A stretch of 24,947 bases of DNA, taken from Mycobacteriales bacterium. Its GTDB lineage: Bacteria; Actinomycetota; Actinomycetes; Mycobacteriales; SCTD01. How positions within the stretch are numbered: the stretch's first letter is position 1; every line of letters starts with the position of its first letter. Location of the stretch: positions 1 to 24,947 of the forward strand of contig DATJGA010000056.1 in assembly GCA_035495395.1 (NCBI GenBank). The letters run 5' to 3'. Made by a program: the position numbers and the translations under genes. Below the pieces are notes generated by a model. It saw only the letters and a program-made list of their open reading frames with translations. It was not told the origin of the DNA and did not search any database. Shown in pieces: positions 1 through 8,809 of the stretch.

Positions 1-1
1 C

Positions 2-160
2 GGTGAACGGGCCGTCCGCGCCCACCGCGCCGAGGGAGCCGAGCGCGACCGGCTGTGGGCGCGCTGGGCCGAGATCGACAAGGACCTCGAGGCGTACGCC
101 GCGCGCCGTCCGCACGAGACCGCCGTCGTGGTCCTCGAACCCGCCGGCCGCGGGAGCTGA
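2..160 (+). CDS. 3' end of a deazaflavin (F420)-dependent nitroreductase/quinone reductase family protein (partial)
   Basis: Frame from nt 2 reads GERAVRAHRAEGAERDRLWARWAEIDKDLEAYAARRPHETAVVVLEPAGRGS-stop (TGA 158-160). This matches the recalled C-terminal ERxRLW...Y..R....VVVLEP pattern of DDN-like proteins. Not in the supplied ORF track because it is truncated. Confidence 0.7.
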   Translation, partial: GERAVRAHRAEGAERDRLWARWAEIDKDLEAYAARRPHETAVVVLEPAGRGS

Positions 161-161
161 C

Positions 162-1073
162 GTGCTCGAGCTGCGTGAGGTGTCCAAGGCGTACGGCGAG
201 GTGCGTGCCCTGGACGGCTGCAGCTTCGAGGTGACCCCGGGTCGGCTCACCGGGTTCGTCGGTCCCAACGGCGCCGGCAAGACCACCGCGATGCGGGTCG
301 TCTTCGGCCTCGTGGCGCCGGACGAGGGGACGCTCGCCTGGCAGGGCGCTCCGGTCGACGTCGACGTCCGGCGGCGCTTCGGGTACATGCCCGAGGAGCG
401 CGGCCTGTACCCGCGCATGCGGGTGCGCGACCAGCTCGTCTTCTTCGGCCGGCTCTCCGGGCTGTCGCCGTCTGCGGCGGGACGCGCGGCCGACCGATGG
501 CTCGGCACGATGGGGTTGGCGGACCGCGCCGGGTCGCGGCTCGACGACCTGTCGCACGGCAACCAGCAGCGGGTCCAGCTCGCCACGGCGCTGCTGCACG
601 AGCCCGACCTGGTCGTGCGCGACGAGCCGTTCTCCGGCCTCGACCCGCTGGCGATGGAGTCGATGTCCTCGATGCTCCGCGAGGTCGCCGGGTCCGGCGC
701 CGCCGTGCTGTTCTCCAGCCACCAGCTCGATCTCGTGGAGCACCTGTGCGAGGACGTGGTCGTGATCGACTCCGGACGCGTGGTGCTGCGCGGGCGGCTG
801 GCCGAGATGCGGACGGCGGCGCCGTACCGGTTCGTCGACGTGACCACGCACGGCGACCTCGACCGGCTGCTGCAGCTGGACGGCGCCAGCGTCGCTGCGC
901 GCACCGAGGGGCAGGTGCGCCTGCGCGTCCCCCGCGGGGTCGACCCCGCCGCGGTCCTGCAGGCGATCGGCAGCGACGTCGAGCGGGTCAGCTACGAGCC
1001 GCCGACGCTGTCCGAGCTGTTCCGCGCGGCTGTCGGCCACGACGGTGCAGGAGACGACGATGCGCAGACCTGA
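162..1073 (+). CDS. ABC-2 type exporter ATP-binding subunit (NatA/YhaQ-like)
   Basis: Walker A GPNGAGKT, Q-loop GYMPEE, signature LSHGNQQR, Walker B/D-loop VVRDEPFSGLD, H-loop SSH. GTG 162 follows GGGAG (152-156) directly after the upstream TGA. The 5' part of ORF 3..1073 overlaps the upstream gene and is not coding here. Confidence 0.93.
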   Translation: MLELREVSKAYGEVRALDGCSFEVTPGRLTGFVGPNGAGKTTAMRVVFGLVAPDEGTLAWQGAPVDVDVRRRFGYMPEERGLYPRMRVRDQLVFFGRLSGLSPSAAGRAADRWLGTMGLADRAGSRLDDLSHGNQQRVQLATALLHEPDLVVRDEPFSGLDPLAMESMSSMLREVAGSGAAVLFSSHQLDLVEHLCEDVVVIDSGRVVLRGRLAEMRTAAPYRFVDVTTHGDLDRLLQLDGASVAARTEGQVRLRVPRGVDPAAVLQAIGSDVERVSYEPPTLSELFRAAVGHDGAGDDDAQT

Positions 1074-2256
1074 GGGGTGGCAGCGCGCCTGGGTCGTGGC
1101 CGCACGGGAGATCCGGGAGCGGGCCCGGACCCGGACCTTCCAGTGGTCGACCGTCTTCGCGGTGCTGGCGATGGTCGCGATCGTCGTCGTGCCGTCGCTG
1201 GGGTCGGACGGTCCCAAGACCTACCGGGTGGGCTTCGCGGGGACCGTCGCAGCCGGCTCGGCGGACGCGGTGGGCGCCCAGGCGAAGGCGGCCGACGCGC
1301 GGGTGCGGACGACGGTCTACGACACCGTCGCAGCGGGGGAGCAGGCGGTCCGTGCGCGCAAGGTGGACGTGCTGCTCGTGGACGGCACACGGCTGGCGTG
1401 GCGGATCCGCGCCGACGCCACCCTGGGGGCCCTGGTCGCCAACGCCGTGCAGGCGGTGCAGGTCCGCGACCGCGCGGCGGAGCAGGGCCTGTCGATCGCG
1501 CAGGTGGGCCGGCTGCTCGCCCCCGTGGCCATGACGAACGACGTGCTCGGCAGCGCCGCCGGGGTCGACGACAGCGCCAGGGACGTCGCGTTCTGGGCGG
1601 TCGTGCTGCTCTTCCTGTCCGTCTCGATCTACGGGCAGATGGTGCTGACGGGCGTGGTCCAGGAGAAGCAGACGCGGGTCGCCGAGGTGATGCTGTCGCG
1701 GATGCGGCCGCGGGAGCTGCTCGCCGGCAAGGTGCTCGGGATCGGTGCGCTCGGCCTGGCCCAGTTCGCGCTGATCGTCCTCACCGCGGGCGTGTCGCTG
1801 ACGGCGGTGGACAGCGTCGACGCGCCGCACGTCGCCACGTCCTTGTGGGTGTGGCTGGTCGTCTGGTTCGTCCTGGGCTACGCCTTCTACAGCGTCGTGT
1901 ACGCGGCCTTCGGCGCGCTCGCCTCGCGGGTCGAGGACGCGAGCAGCGCGGCCGCGCCGATCAGCATCGTCATGTTCGCCGGCTACCTCGCCGCGTTGTC
2001 CGCGCTCGAGTCGCCCGACTCGTCCCTGGCGACGGTGCTGTCCTTCCTCCCGCCGACCGCGCCGATGTCGATGCCGCTCCGGATGACGCTCACCTCCGTA
2101 CCGGTCTGGCAGCCGGTCGCGGCGGCGCTGCTCACCGCTGCCAGCGTCTGGCTGCTGGTGCGCGTCGCGGGCCGCGTGTACACCGGGGCGATCCTGCGCA
2201 GCGGCACCCGGATCCCGCTGCGCGCGGCGTGGCACGGCGGGACGCAGCACGGCTAG
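1060..2256 (+). CDS. ABC-2 type exporter permease
   Basis: N-terminal TM, extracellular domain, then about 5 TMs. Contains GVVQEKQTRVAEVMLS and LLAGKVLG, typical of ABC-2 permeases. ATG 1060 follows a GCAGGAG SD and overlaps the ATPase stop. Confidence 0.92.
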   Translation: MRRPEGWQRAWVVAAREIRERARTRTFQWSTVFAVLAMVAIVVVPSLGSDGPKTYRVGFAGTVAAGSADAVGAQAKAADARVRTTVYDTVAAGEQAVRARKVDVLLVDGTRLAWRIRADATLGALVANAVQAVQVRDRAAEQGLSIAQVGRLLAPVAMTNDVLGSAAGVDDSARDVAFWAVVLLFLSVSIYGQMVLTGVVQEKQTRVAEVMLSRMRPRELLAGKVLGIGALGLAQFALIVLTAGVSLTAVDSVDAPHVATSLWVWLVVWFVLGYAFYSVVYAAFGALASRVEDASSAAAPISIVMFAGYLAALSALESPDSSLATVLSFLPPTAPMSMPLRMTLTSVPVWQPVAAALLTAASVWLLVRVAGRVYTGAILRSGTRIPLRAAWHGGTQHG

Positions 2257-2264
2257 TCGGACCG

Positions 2265-2323
2265 GGGCCGGAAGTGCCATTCCGTGAGGACCTTCGGCCC
2301 TGGCGGGAGAGGACCAAAGGACG
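2265..2323 (+). promoter_or_regulatory. Three tandem DosR/DevR-like (NarL-family) boxes upstream of the first MMPL gene
   Basis: GGGCCGGAAGTGCC (2265-2278), AGGACCTTCGGCCC (2287-2300) and AGGACCAAAGGACG (2310-2323) match the recalled DevR core GGGACTWWAGTCCC at 10/14, 10/14 and 9/14. Starts are 22 and 23 bp apart. Confidence 0.5.
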
Positions 2324-2416
2324 CACGCTGACCACCTCCGCGGGGGCTGGGAGCCCGGGGCGGCTCCGCTCGTCGTACCGACGCAGCTCACGTGGGACGT
2401 GAGCGAGGTGCCTCCC

Positions 2417-4606
2417 ATGCAGACGACGAGCGTTCTCTCGAGGCTCGGCGGCTGGTCCTGCCGCCGCCGGCGGATCGTGCTGGCGGCCTGGGCGGTCGTC
2501 TTCGTGCTCGGGATCGGGGTCGGCGGTCAGGTCTTCGGCCGGCTGGCCGACACCAACGGCAGCAGCAGCGCGGAGTCGATCAAGGGACTGAACCTCTGGG
2601 AGGACGCCACCCAGACCGAGCTCGGCGTCATCGCCGTCGTCGACGGACCCGCGGTGACCGACCCCGGCGTGCGTGCCGCGGTGCTTGCGGCCAAGGACCG
2701 GGTGTCCCGGGTCGAGGGCGTCACCTCCGTCACCACCGCGTACGACGCGGCCGACCCGAGGCTGCGGTCCACCGACGGGCGCGCGAGCCTGATGCTCGTC
2801 GACGTGAAGCGGATCGAGTCGAACGACTCGGCCACCGTCGAGAGGCGGGTCGACGCGATCCGCGACGTGCTGAAGGGCAGCGTCCCGGGAGCGACCGTCA
2901 AGGTCGGCGGCGACCTGGCGATGCAGCGGGACGCGAACAAGCAGGTCTCCACCGACCTGCTCATGGGTGAGCTGATCGCGCTGCCGCTGCTGCTCGTCGC
3001 GCTGACGTTCGTCTTCCGCGGCGTGCGGGTCGCGCTCATCCCTGTGCTGGGCGCGCTGGTGACGGTGTCCGGTGCGCTGCTCCTTCTGCTCGGCAGCACG
3101 TACCTGTTCGACGTCGGGGGGTACGCGATCGACGTGGTCATCCTGTTCGGGATCGCGCTCGCGGTCGACTACAGCCTGCTCATCGTGAGCCGGTTCCGCG
3201 AGGAGCGCGGCATGGGCGCTGCACCGGCCGAGGCGGCGGCACGCAGCGCCGCCGCAGCCGGTCGGACCGTCACGTTCTCAGCGTTCACCGTCATCGCCTC
3301 GCTCGCCGGCCTGTTCGTCTTCGGCGACCCGCTCTTCACCTCGCTGGCCGCCGGGGGCATCGTCACGGTGCTCATCGCCCTGCTCGCCGGGCTGACGCTC
3401 GTACCGGCCCTGCTCGGCCACTGGGCGCACAAGGCGGGCGCCAGCACGCGGCTGGCGGCGGACCAGGGCTTCTTCGGCCGGCTCGCGCAGCGCGTCCAGC
3501 GGCGCCCGGTGCTCGTCGCGCTCGGTGCGACGGCCGTGCTGCTCGCGGCCGCCATCCCGTTCCTCGGCGCCAACCTCGGCAACGGCGACCCCCGCTCGTT
3601 CCCCACGTCCCTGGAGAGCCGCCAGGTCGCCGACCGCCTGCAGTCGGGCTTCCCGGCCAAGCAGGCCGACCCGATCGTCGTCGTCGGGCACCGCGACAGC
3701 GCCGACCCGGAGGTGGCCTCCTACGCGCAGTCGCTGCGTGCGCTCCCGGGCGTCGCCGACGTGTCCGTCGAGTCCGGCCTGCGCAGCGGCCTGTCGGCCA
3801 TCGACGTGGTGCCGAGCGGCTCGGTGCAGAGCAAGGTGGCGCAGGACCTCGTCGCGACGCTGCGCGACAACCGGCCCGGGTACGACAGCCAGGTGACCGG
3901 CATGGCGGCGTACCTCGTGGACTTCAAGCACCAGATCGCGTCCCGGCTGCCGTTCGCGCTCGGGCTCATCGCGCTGGTGACGTTCGTCCTGCTGTTCCTC
4001 ATGACCGGCTCCGTCCTCGTGCCGCTCAAGGCCCTCGTGATGAACACGGTGTCGCTCGGCGCGACGTTCGGCGCCCTCGTCTGGGTCTTCCAGGACGGGC
4101 ACCTGTCCGGGCTGCTGGGCTTCGAGTCCTACGGCACGATCGAGCTCTGGGTCCCCGTCGTCGTCTTCGTGTTCGCGTTCGGGCTGAGCATGGACTACGA
4201 GGTCTTCCTGCTCTCCCGGATCAAGGAGTGCTACGACGAGACCAAGGACAGCGGGCGCGCCGTCGCCGTGGGTCTTCAGCGCTCGGGGCGCATCATCACG
4301 TCCGCGGCCGCGCTGGTCATCATCGTCTTCCTCGGCTTCGCAGCCGGGAAGAGCCTCGGGATCAAGGAGATGGGCCTGGCGCTCGCGATTGCCGTCGCGG
4401 TCGACGCGACGATCGTCCGGTGCTTGCTGGTGCCCGCGACCATGACGCTGCTGGGTACGGCGAACTGGTGGGCCCCGGGACCGCTGCGCCGGCTGCACGA
4501 CCGGCTCGGCTGGAGCGAGGCGCCGCGGGTCATCGACCTCACCGACGGCGAGAGCCGCGACTCGGCTGTCGCGAGGGGTGTCCGCGAGGGGGCCGCCGGT
4601 CGGTGA
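2417..4606 (+). CDS. MMPL family (RND superfamily) transporter, MmpL3/YdfJ-like subgroup
   Basis: Two repeats with TM4 LAVDYSLLIVSRFREE and TM10 GLSMDYEVFLLSRIKE, plus C-terminal NWWAP. ATG 2417 follows a GAGGTG SD; GTG 2399 is an alternative start. Confidence 0.93.
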   Translation: MQTTSVLSRLGGWSCRRRRIVLAAWAVVFVLGIGVGGQVFGRLADTNGSSSAESIKGLNLWEDATQTELGVIAVVDGPAVTDPGVRAAVLAAKDRVSRVEGVTSVTTAYDAADPRLRSTDGRASLMLVDVKRIESNDSATVERRVDAIRDVLKGSVPGATVKVGGDLAMQRDANKQVSTDLLMGELIALPLLLVALTFVFRGVRVALIPVLGALVTVSGALLLLLGSTYLFDVGGYAIDVVILFGIALAVDYSLLIVSRFREERGMGAAPAEAAARSAAAAGRTVTFSAFTVIASLAGLFVFGDPLFTSLAAGGIVTVLIALLAGLTLVPALLGHWAHKAGASTRLAADQGFFGRLAQRVQRRPVLVALGATAVLLAAAIPFLGANLGNGDPRSFPTSLESRQVADRLQSGFPAKQADPIVVVGHRDSADPEVASYAQSLRALPGVADVSVESGLRSGLSAIDVVPSGSVQSKVAQDLVATLRDNRPGYDSQVTGMAAYLVDFKHQIASRLPFALGLIALVTFVLLFLMTGSVLVPLKALVMNTVSLGATFGALVWVFQDGHLSGLLGFESYGTIELWVPVVVFVFAFGLSMDYEVFLLSRIKECYDETKDSGRAVAVGLQRSGRIITSAAALVIIVFLGFAAGKSLGIKEMGLALAIAVAVDATIVRCLLVPATMTLLGTANWWAPGPLRRLHDRLGWSEAPRVIDLTDGESRDSAVARGVREGAAGR

Positions 4607-4609
4607 GCC

Positions 4610-6730
4610 CTAGCGGGACTCGGCGACGGCGCTCTCCTCCCGACCGTCGCGCTGCGAGGGCAGCCCGTCGACGTCCTGCGCAGGCTGCCGCCACAGCGGG
4701 CTCGGCCACCACATGACGCTGCCCAGGTCGAGCGTCAGCGAGGTCACCAGCACCGAGCGGACGACGAGGGTGTCGAGGAGGACGCCGAGCGCGACCGCGA
4801 AGCCGATCTCGGCGAACGCCGTCAGGGGGAGCGTCGCCAGTACGGCGAACGTGCCAGCGAGGACGAGGCCCGCAGATGTGATGACGCCGCCGGTCGCAGC
4901 CAGGCCGGTCAGGGCTCCGCGCCGGGTGCCGTGCTTCACCGACTCCTCGCGCACGCGCGTCATGAGGAAGATGTTGTAGTCGATCCCCAGCGCCACCAGG
5001 AAGACGAACACGAACAGCGGCAGGCCGGTGTCGGCGGCGCCGAACCCGAGCACGTGGTTGAAGAACAACGCGCTGATGCCCAAGGCCGTGCCGAACGAGA
5101 GCACGACCGTCGCGATGAGCACGAGGGGTGCGACGACGGCCCTCAGGAGCACGCCCAGGATGACGAAGACGACCAGCAGGACGAGCGGGATGATCAGCCG
5201 GGTGTCGTGCTTCGTCGCGCGGTTGACGTCGAGGGTGATCGCGGTGCCGCCCCCGACCTTGGCGTCGTCGCCACCGGCCCGGTGCACGGCGGCCCTGACG
5301 CGGTCGATGGTGCGGAAGCCGGCGGCGCTGTCCGGCGCCGCGGTCATCGTGCCCTGCAGGTACGCCTCGCCGTTGCGCACCACCGGGGCGCTGACGTCGA
5401 CGATGCCCGGTGTCGCGGCGAACGCGGACCGCACTGCCGAGCTCACGCGCTCCTTGGCGAGGACGACGACGGGGGTCCCCGAGCCGGCGGGGAAGTGCTG
5501 GGCGAGCACCTTCTCGCCGACGACGGAGTCGACCGTGGCGCGGAAGGCCTGCTCGTTGGTCAGGCCGTTGGCGCGCAGGTCGAGGGCCCCGAAGGAGAAG
5601 GCGCCGAGGACGAGCGCGGTCGCGATCCAGACGCGACGCGGGTGCGGCGCGATGCGGGCGCCGACGCGAGACCAGACGCCGTGGGTGGTCGGGTCGTCGG
5701 AGCCCTCGGCCGGCCGACGCGGCCAGAAGACCCAGCGGCCGCAGCAGACCAGCAGCGCCGGCAGCAGCGTGAGCCCGGCCACGAGAGCGACCGCCACCCC
5801 GAGGGCCGCCACCGGGCCGAGCCCGCTCGTGGAGTTCATCTCGGCGACGGTGAGGCAGAGCATGCCGAGGACCACGGTGCTGCCGCTGGCGACGATCGCC
5901 GGGCCGGCGCGGTGCAGGGCCAGCGCCATCGCCTCGTGCCGGTCGTGGTGGCGCCGCAGCTCCTCCCGGTACCTCGCGATGAGCAGCAGCGCGTAGTCGG
6001 TGCCGGCCCCGAACACCAGCACCGTGAGGATGCCGTAGCTCTGGCCGTTGACGGTGAGACCGGCCTTGGTGAGCAGGTAGATGAGCCCCTGCGCCACCCC
6101 GAGCGCCCCGCCGGTGGCGAGCACGGGCAACAGCCAGAGCACCGGGCTGCGGTACGTCAGCAGCAGGATGACGATGACGACGCCGAGCGCGGCGAACAGG
6201 AGCGTGCTGTCCAGTCCCTCGAAGGCGTCTGCGGAGTCCGCCGCGAAGCCGGTGGGACCGGACACGTGCACGGTGAGGCCCGGGTCGCCGGCCGTGATCG
6301 CCCGGATCCGGTCGACGAGGTCGGGCGCCTTCTGCCAGCCGTTGTGCCCGAGGTCGAGCGGGACGATCGTCTGCGCGGCCTGGCGGTCGGCCGAGACGAG
6401 CGGACCGGTGACGACCCCGTCGATGGTGCCGACGCCGCGGAACTGCGGCGCGTCCGCGGCGATCTTCCGGAGGTCGGCCTCCGAGAGGCCGCCGGCCCGG
6501 CTGTAGACGACGACCGCCTCGTAGGTGTTGGGCGACTTGAACGCCGCCTGGAGGTCGAGTGCCTGCGTCGACTCGGCGCTGCCCGGGAGCCACGACTTCG
6601 TGTCGTTCTTCTGGGCGCCGGACAGCTTGCTGGCCAGCCCGCCCATGCCGAGGATCAGCACCAGCCAGAGGCCGACCACGACCCACTTCGACCTGCGCCC
6701 GACGATCATCCGCGTCGCCACGTTGCTCAC
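4610..6730 (-). CDS. MMPL family (RND superfamily) transporter, ActII-ORF3-like subgroup
   Basis: GAGTDYALLLIARYREE and ALGIDYNIFLMTRVREE motifs, C-terminal WWPS. GTG 6730 follows a GGGAG SD. Confidence 0.93.
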   Translation of the reverse strand: MSNVATRMIVGRRSKWVVVGLWLVLILGMGGLASKLSGAQKNDTKSWLPGSAESTQALDLQAAFKSPNTYEAVVVYSRAGGLSEADLRKIAADAPQFRGVGTIDGVVTGPLVSADRQAAQTIVPLDLGHNGWQKAPDLVDRIRAITAGDPGLTVHVSGPTGFAADSADAFEGLDSTLLFAALGVVIVILLLTYRSPVLWLLPVLATGGALGVAQGLIYLLTKAGLTVNGQSYGILTVLVFGAGTDYALLLIARYREELRRHHDRHEAMALALHRAGPAIVASGSTVVLGMLCLTVAEMNSTSGLGPVAALGVAVALVAGLTLLPALLVCCGRWVFWPRRPAEGSDDPTTHGVWSRVGARIAPHPRRVWIATALVLGAFSFGALDLRANGLTNEQAFRATVDSVVGEKVLAQHFPAGSGTPVVVLAKERVSSAVRSAFAATPGIVDVSAPVVRNGEAYLQGTMTAAPDSAAGFRTIDRVRAAVHRAGGDDAKVGGGTAITLDVNRATKHDTRLIIPLVLLVVFVILGVLLRAVVAPLVLIATVVLSFGTALGISALFFNHVLGFGAADTGLPLFVFVFLVALGIDYNIFLMTRVREESVKHGTRRGALTGLAATGGVITSAGLVLAGTFAVLATLPLTAFAEIGFAVALGVLLDTLVVRSVLVTSLTLDLGSVMWWPSPLWRQPAQDVDGLPSQRDGREESAVAESR

Positions 6731-6758
6731 GTCGTCTCCCGTCGCCCGGAGAAGGCCC

Positions 6759-6764
6759 AGGCTA
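6759..6764 (-). promoter_or_regulatory. Possible -10 element (TAGCCT) for the minus-strand MMPL gene
   Basis: TAnnnT hexamer on the minus strand 28 nt upstream of GTG 6730. No convincing -35 seen. Confidence 0.3.
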
Positions 6765-6812
6765 CCGACGTACCGGTGTGGTGGTTGGATGTTGTCCGAC
6801 CCAGGAGGACGC

Positions 6813-8033
6813 GTGAACGAAGGACGTGCCGCCGCGGAGGCGGGCTTCGACCCCGCTCGACTCGAGCGCCTCGACCGCCACTTCGCGGGGTACGTCGACG
6901 ACGGCCGGCTCGCCGGGTGGGAGCTCGCGCTGACGCGTCACGACGGTGTCGTGCACACGAGCAGCTACGGGTGGCGCGACCGCGAGGCCGAGGTGCCGGT
7001 CGACGGCAAGACGGTGTGGCGCATCGCCTCGATGACCAAGCCCATCACCGCGGTCGCGGCGATGTCGCTGTGGGAGGAGGGGGCCTTCGAGCTCACCGAC
7101 CCCATCAGCCGGTGGCTGCCGGAGTTCGCGCAGCCGCAGGTGTACGTGAAGGGCAACCACCTCAACCCCTTCACGGCGCCGAGCCAGGAGCCGATCCGCG
7201 TGTGGCACCTGCTCAGCCACGCCTCGGGGCTGAGCGCGGGCTTCATGTACACGCACGTCGTCGACCACCTCTACCGCGCCGCCGGCTACGAGTGGGGCGC
7301 CCCGCCCGGGTCGACGCTCGCGGACTGCGTCCGCGACTGGGCCGCGCTCCCGCTGCGCTTCGAGCCCGGCACCGCCTGGGGGTACGGCGTGTCGACGGAC
7401 GTGCTGGGACGACTGCTCGAGGTGGTGACCGGCAAGACCCTCGACGAGGTGTTCACCGAGCGGGTGCTGCGCCCGCTGGGCATGGACGACACCGGCTTCT
7501 TCGCCGAGGGCCCCCGAGCCGACCGGCTCCCGGCGGTCTACCAGCGCGACCCCGTGACCGGTGCGGCGCTGCGCAACGACGCGATGAGCCAGACCGGCCG
7601 GGTGATGCCGACGGTGCTCTCCGGCGGTGGCGGCCTGGTGAGCACCCTCGACGACTACACCCGCTTCACCCGCATGCTGGCGCTGGAGGGCGAGCTCGAC
7701 GGCGTCCGCCTGCTCACGCCCGCCACGGTGCGCCTCATGCGGCAGAACCACCTGCCGGGCGACCTCGGCCAGGTGTCGACCGGCGGCTTCGCCGAGACGA
7801 CCTTCGACGGGGTCGGCTTCGGCCTCGGCTTCGCCACCGTGCTCGACCCCGTCAAGCTGCGCTCGCCCAGCTCGCCGGGGGAGTTCTACTGGGGCGGCGC
7901 CTACAGCACCGCGTTCTGGGTGGACCCGGTCACCGGCATCACCTGCACCTTCATGGCGCAGCTGTTCCCGTCGAGCACCTACCCGATCCGGGCGCAGCTC
8001 CGGCAGCTGGTCTACAGCGCCTTCACCGGCTGA
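6813..8033 (+). CDS. Serine hydrolase, beta-lactamase-related fold (family VIII carboxylesterase-like)
   Basis: SxxK (IASMTK), LLSHASG, FEPGTAWGYG with catalytic Tyr, SGGGGLVST and a C-terminal WGG motif. GTG 6813 follows a strong CAGGAGG SD. Confidence 0.9.
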   Translation: MNEGRAAAEAGFDPARLERLDRHFAGYVDDGRLAGWELALTRHDGVVHTSSYGWRDREAEVPVDGKTVWRIASMTKPITAVAAMSLWEEGAFELTDPISRWLPEFAQPQVYVKGNHLNPFTAPSQEPIRVWHLLSHASGLSAGFMYTHVVDHLYRAAGYEWGAPPGSTLADCVRDWAALPLRFEPGTAWGYGVSTDVLGRLLEVVTGKTLDEVFTERVLRPLGMDDTGFFAEGPRADRLPAVYQRDPVTGAALRNDAMSQTGRVMPTVLSGGGGLVSTLDDYTRFTRMLALEGELDGVRLLTPATVRLMRQNHLPGDLGQVSTGGFAETTFDGVGFGLGFATVLDPVKLRSPSSPGEFYWGGAYSTAFWVDPVTGITCTFMAQLFPSSTYPIRAQLRQLVYSAFTG

Positions 8034-8809
8034 GCCGCGTCGACCTCGGCCAGGAAGCCGAGCACCTCCAGGGTGGGCGCGTCGCCCACCTCCACGAGGT
8101 AGTTGTGCCCGCAGCCCTCGTACTCGACGAGCCGGCTGTCCGGCAGCGTCGCGGCGAGCTCGCGCCCCCACTCGACGGGCACGATGGGGTCCTCGGTGCC
8201 GTGCAGGACGAGCGCCGGCATCGTCAGTGCCGCCAGGTCGGACAGGCTGCCCTGGTAGGCGCGCAGCGCGTCCTGCTGGGCGACGAGGGCCTGTGGCACC
8301 GCGGTGTCCTCGAGGATGGCCCGGTGGTTGCGCGTCCTCGCCTCGGGCGGGCAGACCGAGCCGTACGCCGTGCTGTCCGCGAGGTCCTTCCGGGAGGCCG
8401 CCAGCAGGGCGTCGTTCACCTCGATCGGGGCGCGCGGCTTGTCGGGGGTGAGGACGCAGGTGCAGCCCAGCACGAGCGACCGCACCCGCTCCGGCGCCGC
8501 CTTGGCCAGCTCCAGCGCGAGGACGCCGCCGAGGCTGATGCCGTAGACGTGCGCGGTCTCCAGGCCGGCTGCGTCGAGCACCGCCAACGCGTCGGCGGCG
8601 AGGTCCTCGATGCTCACCCCGGGGCGCCAGCTGCTACGGCCGGTGCCCTGGTTGTCGAAGGAGACCAGCGCGTGGTGCGCGCGCAGCAGGGGCAGCGCCG
8701 GGTACCACATCGCGCTGCTGTAGACCGCGCCCATGACGAGCAGCACCGGGCTGCCGGACCCGGTCTGCTCCCAGTGCAGGTGGTACCCGTCCCGCTGAAG
8801 CAGGCTCAT
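8012..8809 (-). CDS. Alpha/beta fold hydrolase (esterase/enol-lactonase-like), 265 aa
   Basis: Nucleophile elbow GISLGG, acid HGTEDPIVP, His in GCGHNY, FDNQGTGRS. ATG 8809 overlaps the stop of the upstream gene (ATGA, 8806-8809). The long 5' part of ORF 8012..10288 is a shadow. Confidence 0.9.
   Translation of the reverse strand: MSLLQRDGYHLHWEQTGSGSPVLLVMGAVYSSAMWYPALPLLRAHHALVSFDNQGTGRSSWRPGVSIEDLAADALAVLDAAGLETAHVYGISLGGVLALELAKAAPERVRSLVLGCTCVLTPDKPRAPIEVNDALLAASRKDLADSTAYGSVCPPEARTRNHRAILEDTAVPQALVAQQDALRAYQGSLSDLAALTMPALVLHGTEDPIVPVEWGRELAATLPDSRLVEYEGCGHNYLVEVGDAPTLEVLGFLAEVDAAQPVKAL

Noticed and set aside
2350-2367. GGAGCC-6-GGCTCC hairpin in the MMPL leader as a terminator or riboswitch
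   Set aside because: Only a 6-bp stem, no U-tract, and no recognisable aptamer. Such stems are common at this GC content.
6813-8033. Beta-lactamase / resistance gene call
   Set aside because: No signal peptide. It has WGG instead of a KTG/HTG box and no YxN, which fits esterase-type members of the fold.
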